From: an uncultured virus (IMG/VR IMGVR_UViG_3300022548_000001)
Lineage: Duplodnaviria > Heunggongvirae > Uroviricota > Caudoviricetes
IMG/VR virus record: IMGVR_UViG_3300022548_000001
Length of the DNA: 20,000 bases
Direction: 5' to 3' (one strand)
The notes below the pieces were generated by a model. It made no database searches. It was not told the origin of the DNA and saw nothing but the letters and a program-made list of their open reading frames with translations. Made by a program: the position numbers and the translations under genes. Shown here piece after piece: positions 16,418 to 20,000 of this stretch. Positions within the stretch are counted from its first letter, which is position 1, and each line of letters begins with the position of its first letter.

Positions 16418-16657
16418 TTAGTTGCTGGCCGCTTTTTTCTTATCATCCAGGGGCGGATCCTCCTGAAATATGGAGAAAGACAAATCTTCATAACTGCAAT
16501 AATTTTTTTCCATAGCACGTTTCTTGTTAGCCATATACTGCAATACTAAAGAAGGCAATAAAGAGTCTGGTATGTCAATTATAGCCGACCTTGCCTCAGC
16601 ATGGCCCCCGCAATAAACGACTGATGCACAATTAGTGACTGTTGCTACAATTTTCAT
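16418..16657 (-). CDS. Small hypothetical protein
   Basis: 79 aa; GAGG RBS; same strand as neighbours. Confidence 0.65.
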   Translation of the reverse strand: MKIVATVTNCASVVYCGGHAEARSAIIDIPDSLLPSLVLQYMANKKRAMEKNYCSYEDLSFSIFQEDPPLDDKKKAASN

Positions 16658-16725
16658 TTTTACCTCTCACTTCCTTCGCCGCATATAATTGCCGCGCAAT
16701 TGTTGTTTATTGATTTCAACGGCTA

Positions 16726-17064
16726 CTAAAATTTCTTGCCGCCATGCATAAACTCCCTACCTCGATTAAATGCAACTTTGGCGATTAGCGCCTCGGCAAC
16801 ACGATAATTTCTAGCGATTGCATAATCCATGATACGAATAATAACATCCGCAAGCTCTTCCTCAACCGCTGTATACTCAGGTATATGATCCGACGCCGGG
16901 TTGCCATGTCGTAGTCCTTCCAGCGCTTCTGATAATTCAGAGTGCATAAGGGCAATAAGCTCGCCATCGCTGCGATCGCTTCTCCACCAACCCTTCTCAA
17001 TCGCAATGGTGTTTACTTCTTGAGATATCGCCCTGAATGCATTGACAAAATCAATATTACTCAT
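16726..17064 (-). CDS. MazG-like nucleotide pyrophosphohydrolase
   Basis: IALMHSELSEALE...EEELADVIIRIMD (ExxE...ExxD metal ligands) and C-terminal KVAFNRGREFMHGGKKF; ATG at 17064 follows AAAGGGG. Confidence 0.85.
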   Translation of the reverse strand: MSNIDFVNAFRAISQEVNTIAIEKGWWRSDRSDGELIALMHSELSEALEGLRHGNPASDHIPEYTAVEEELADVIIRIMDYAIARNYRVAEALIAKVAFNRGREFMHGGKKF

Positions 17065-17142
17065 AATACCCCTTTCTTTATATAATACTCGGCGGACGCC
17101 CTCTGAAAGACCACTGAATCTACATTTTTCCATTGTCGATAT

Positions 17143-17187
17143 AAAATAAAGGACGTTCTACTTCAAAATAAGTGAACGTCCTTTGTT
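17143..17187 (-). terminator. Hairpin, probable terminator or processing site
   Basis: AAAGGACGTTC(T)ACTT-caaaat-AAGTGAACGTCCTTT, followed on the minus strand by a U-rich tail. Confidence 0.65.
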
Positions 17188-17270
17188 AATATCGCCGTTC
17201 TGTTAAAGTTAAACATAAAGAACGTATAAAATAATTTTTATCAAATAATTTAATTAAAAATATTTTAACC

Positions 17271-17441
17271 TTAATACTTTTCTTTTGCCAATCTCACCTC
17301 CTCAGCCGCATACAAATCATCATAATATCTTGAACACCTCCAGCATCGTGTATCAACATGGAATTGCTGTGTATGGCTACTGCAGCCAATACAGTGCGAA
17401 AAAAGTTTATCATAATCAGTATTATCAGATATAGTTTCCAT
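17271..17441 (-). CDS. Small CxxC...CxxC protein (56 aa)
   Basis: HCIGC...RCWRC; GGAGGG RBS before ATG at 17441. Confidence 0.65.
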   Translation of the reverse strand: METISDNTDYDKLFSHCIGCSSHTQQFHVDTRCWRCSRYYDDLYAAEEVRLAKEKY

Positions 17442-17482
17442 ATACCCTCCCATTTTTTATCAATCTATCTTCCGTGAGTGGC

Positions 17483-18007
17483 TCACTCAACATCTGCGAC
17501 AACCACTGGACCATTTGGGCCATCTTTAACCCAGGTGGTTAACCATACCTTCTCCGCAAGAGCTTTCGCCCTTGCAAGCCACCGGTCATCCGGCAGCTTG
17601 TCCAATAGGTCGTCCCCTTCCCGCCAGTCCATCCAGCAACGCTGAGATGGAAAGCGGTCTGGCCATATATAGACATGACCTTCGATTGTTACACCTATAC
17701 GTAGCCAATGTTTATTATGCCCAAGCTCAATTAAAGCAATTGAACTCGGCATTTCATCACTTTCAGGGGTAACAACAATCCTCCAGCCTTGGCAAAACTG
17801 GCTGCCAAGAGCCGCGGGGCGTGTTTCCCCCGGATTACAAATATTTATAGAATTAATATTTGAGTCCTCATCAAACTCAAATACTAATTCTAAATCCTTA
17901 AGGCGGCGAACAACTCCTAACGCCGCCACTCCAATATCTATAACGCCTCTTGACGGCGTAGCAAACGCCGTCGCCTGCATTAAATCTAATACACGTTTGG
18001 TATCCAT
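17483..18007 (-). CDS. Hypothetical protein (174 aa, MDTKRV...)
   Basis: GAGGAGGGG RBS before ATG at 18007; the longer ORF-track start would read through the 23-bp repeat. Confidence 0.7.
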   Translation of the reverse strand: MDTKRVLDLMQATAFATPSRGVIDIGVAALGVVRRLKDLELVFEFDEDSNINSINICNPGETRPAALGSQFCQGWRIVVTPESDEMPSSIALIELGHNKHWLRIGVTIEGHVYIWPDRFPSQRCWMDWREGDDLLDKLPDDRWLARAKALAEKVWLTTWVKDGPNGPVVVADVE

Positions 18008-18027
18008 AACCCCTCCTCTAATTTTAT

Positions 18028-18050
18028 CGCCCTGTCGTCGGCCGGGCGGC
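18028..18050. repeat. 23-bp GC-rich hairpin repeat, copy 1
   Basis: CGCCCTGTCGTCGGCCGGGCGGC, identical to 18915-18937; just upstream of an RBS on the minus strand. Confidence 0.9.
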
Positions 18051-18090
18051 ACTGCCGTTTTATCTAAACCAGTAGAAAACATCTTCCTTT

Positions 18091-18270
18091 TTACTCTATA
18101 AGCTTAAGCAGTTCTTTTTCAAGAGAATTGCATAAAGGATGGATTCCGAACATTCTCATGTCTTTATCTATTTCAATAGATAAAGATAGAAATAAATCCA
18201 TCCTTTCTCTCGGTTCTAATAACTTTATAACGATAATTAAAAATTTTGTTATTAATTTTTTTATACCCAT
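18091..18270 (-). CDS. Small hypothetical protein (59 aa)
   Basis: GGTGGG before ATG at 18270; fills the gap between neighbours. Confidence 0.5.
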   Translation of the reverse strand: MGIKKLITKFLIIVIKLLEPRERMDLFLSLSIEIDKDMRMFGIHPLCNSLEKELLKLIE

Positions 18271-18333
18271 ATACCCACCAATATTTGACATTAAAAAAAA
18301 ATTATAATAATTAAAGATAAGATTTTAATCATC

Positions 18334-18352
18334 GGCGCTCATTATGAGCGCC
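18334..18352. repeat. Palindrome related to the core of the 85-bp repeat
   Basis: GGCGCTCA-TTA-TGAGCGCC versus GGCGTTCA-CCA-TGAACGCC in the 85-bp repeats. Confidence 0.75.
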
Positions 18353-18360
18353 TCTTATTT

Positions 18361-18513
18361 TTATTTATCAGGATCATCAAGAGGGCATCCTTGGCAATGA
18401 ATCCAAGAGCAGTTTTCCTCTTGATAACATAGCGGAAACCACTTAATTCTCATTGAATTTAAGCAGTTGTTTCCTTCACATATTTTTCTGTACTTACAAT
18501 TCTCACAATCCAT
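18361..18513 (-). CDS. Small Cys-rich protein (50 aa, 8 Cys)
   Basis: MDCENCKYRKICEGNNCLNSMRIKWFPLCYQEENCSWIHCQGCPLDDPDK; AGGAGGGGAAGGG upstream of ATG at 18513. Confidence 0.7.
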   Translation of the reverse strand: MDCENCKYRKICEGNNCLNSMRIKWFPLCYQEENCSWIHCQGCPLDDPDK

Positions 18514-18550
18514 ACCCTTCCCCCTCCTTAAAAAAAAATTTAAAAAAAGT

Positions 18551-18635
18551 TTTAAATCCGCGGCGTTCACCATGAACGCCGCGGATGGCCTTGCAATAGC
18601 CCGGCGCCGGGGTGGCCAGACCCGGCGCCGTGAGG
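18551..18635. repeat. 85-bp GC-rich double-hairpin direct repeat, copy 1
   Basis: 83 of 85 positions identical to 18950-19034; 14-bp perfect stem ATCCGCGGCGTTCA-CCA-TGAACGCCGCGGAT and 10-bp stem CGGCGCCGGG-9 nt-CCCGGCGCCG. Confidence 0.95.
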
Positions 18636-18641
18636 CTGCCA

Positions 18642-18893
18642 TCACTTTGCAAGGTCGACGACGTCAAATACCTTGCCTACATCATTTTCGCCTTTTTCTC
18701 CAGCAACAACTGCGTCCTCCCTCTCGGGAGGCCGGCCCGGTATGTAGTATACCGGGGAATACACGTAATCAGGCCCCATCCTGTACAGTGCTATTTTCCC
18801 AACCTTCATGGCATCCGGGGGCAGCGGCCCCCAGTTTTCGTGGGGCCCGTTCCCATAGCCGCCCCACGAAATCCCGTACCTGTACCACGCCAT
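18642..18893 (-). CDS. Hypothetical protein (83 aa) flanked by the 85-bp repeats
   Basis: GAGGAGGG RBS; Gly/Tyr/Pro-rich N-terminus MAWYRYGISWGGYGNG. Confidence 0.7.
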   Translation of the reverse strand: MAWYRYGISWGGYGNGPHENWGPLPPDAMKVGKIALYRMGPDYVYSPVYYIPGRPPEREDAVVAGEKGENDVGKVFDVVDLAK

Positions 18894-18914
18894 ATTTCCC
18901 TCCTCTGTTTCTGC

Positions 18915-18937
18915 CGCCCTGTCGTCGGCCGGGCGGC
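18915..18937. repeat. 23-bp GC-rich hairpin repeat, copy 2
   Basis: Identical to 18028-18050; here the stem extends to GCCGCCC/GGGCGGC. Confidence 0.9.
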
Positions 18938-18949
18938 GACGCCTAAAAA

Positions 18950-19034
18950 TTTAAATCCGCGGCGTTCACCATGAACGCCGCGGATGGCCTTGCAATAGCC
19001 CAGCGCCGGGGTGGCCAGACCCGGCGCTGTGAGG
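18950..19034. repeat. 85-bp GC-rich double-hairpin direct repeat, copy 2
   Basis: As copy 1, but the second stem reads CAGCGCCGGG/CCCGGCGCTG. Confidence 0.95.
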
Positions 19035-19038
19035 TAGA

Positions 19039-19230
19039 CTACTCTGCCTCTTTCGACGTGAGGCGTTCTGCCCCACGCCTTTTTCTGGCATTGATCATAG
19101 AATCAATGCCAGTTTTCAAGACAGAGAGCTGCTCGGGTGTCATCCACCCGAACAGCTTCTCTAACTCCGCCGTCATGATCCCATGCCACCTCATGGGATC
19201 TGAGTTTTTAATTGCCTCTCTGAATTTCAT
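19039..19230 (-). CDS. Small hypothetical protein (63 aa, MKFREAIK...)
   Basis: GAGGAG RBS before ATG at 19230; first gene of the leftward small-ORF run. Confidence 0.7.
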   Translation of the reverse strand: MKFREAIKNSDPMRWHGIMTAELEKLFGWMTPEQLSVLKTGIDSMINARKRRGAERLTSKEAE

Positions 19231-19265
19231 ATTACTCCTCTGCCGGCAATAAGCCGGTATTATTT

Positions 19266-19334
19266 TCCGTCGGAACCCGCCGACGGACGGTGCGGCGAAT
19301 CGCCGCAATTTGTACGAAGTATTTCTTCGTACAA
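19266..19334. promoter_or_regulatory. Three tandem perfect hairpins in the leader of the leftward ORF run
   Basis: TCCGTCGG/CCGACGGA (19266-19287), TGCGGCG/CGCCGCA (19291-19307), TTGTACGAAG/CTTCGTACAA (19310-19334). Confidence 0.7.
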
Positions 19335-19339
19335 TATAT

Positions 19340-20000
19340 TTATTCCATATTTTTTTAATTTCTAACGGATAAAAAAAAGGGGAGGAAACCAGCGTATTAT
19401 TATTAAGATTTTTGTGACCATCAATATAGTCAATAATAGACTTGCAAACCTTCTAACGAGAATATCATAATTTTTTTAACTTCTAACTAGGAAAAATTTT
19501 CCTATCTTAAAGTAATACTTTAACCTTTTTTCGTAACTTAAAAAAAAATTTTCTTTACATCTTAAGAATTTCATGTTATAAAATATAAAAATTTTCGATA
19601 TTATGTAAACTAATTTCATTCTAAAATGTAAAATAAGGCCTTTTATTTTCTAAAATGTAAAAAAAAATTTTGTTTTTTTAATCGTTTAAACAATTTTTAC
19701 ATTTTAGAAAAATTCGACTGTTGAAAATGCCAAAAATCATGATTTTCTCGCTTTGTGTCAAGAAAAGTCTACTTAAAAAGCTAAAAATTATACTTAAAGA
19801 TGTTCTTTAAATAAATATAAAAATTTAATTAAATATCAATAGGTTATAAATTGGCATAATTTTTGCTATGCCCAATATATATATATATTATATAATATAT
19901 TGAAAAATATATATTTATATATATATATATAATATTAAATAGGGTTTTTTTACCTGTTTTCACTTTACGGTCAAAAAAAATTTTGTACATCAATAAAAAA
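19340..20000. other. AT-rich non-coding region with direct and inverted repeats; candidate replication origin or genome-end control region
   Basis: No ORF in the track; TTCTAAAATGTAAAA at 19619-19633 and 19648-19662, inverted copy within 19694-19711; (TA)n tracts at about 19875-19935. Confidence 0.5.

Noticed and set aside
18028..19034. CRISPR array, tRNAs or integron attC sites
   Set aside because: Repeats are two-copy and separated by whole genes rather than 30-40 nt spacers; no cloverleaf with T-loop consensus; no RYYYAAC/GTTRRRY ends; no integrase in the window.
18467..19252. Plus-strand ORFs 18467..18946, 18612..18974, 18971..19252 and the extended N-termini of 18361..18645 and 19039..19308
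   Set aside because: They are read-throughs of GC-rich palindromic repeats, lack RBSs, and overlap minus-strand ORFs that have clear RBSs.
1..20000. Alternative genetic code (stop-codon reassignment) or archaeal-virus origin
   Set aside because: Long genes are intact and densely packed under the standard code. Sigma70-like promoters, the DnaG-type zinc finger and the SSB DELPF tail favour a bacterial host despite the MCM, though the host cannot be fixed from this window.

Overview
AT-rich, gene-dense fragment most consistent with a large bacteriophage (or prophage) genome. It has GGAGG-type ribosome-binding sites, sigma70-like promoters, an SSB-like protein ending in DELPF, and no host housekeeping genes. 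From left to right: (1) a minus-strand replication/recombination block (1-9824) with a DEDDh exonuclease fused to a Cas4/RecB-like Fe-S nuclease (truncated by the left edge and missing from the ORF track), a Gp3/RDF-like protein, a probable SSB, a VRGHWR-motif protein and a 1138-aa DnaG-type primase fused to an MCM helicase; (2) an oppositely oriented cassette (10000-13437) of MerR/Xis-like HTH, radical SAM/SPASM enzyme, nucleotide-sugar dehydrogenase and SAM methyltransferase; (3) a structured intergenic region with its own promoter and terminator, a candidate ~165-nt sRNA; (4) a DinG/XPD-like helicase, a MazG-like protein and small early-type ORFs separated by repeated GC-rich hairpin elements with compensatory base changes; (5) a non-coding, very AT-rich right end with iteron-like repeats. 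All protein calls come from motif recognition by eye. No database searches or folding programs were run.
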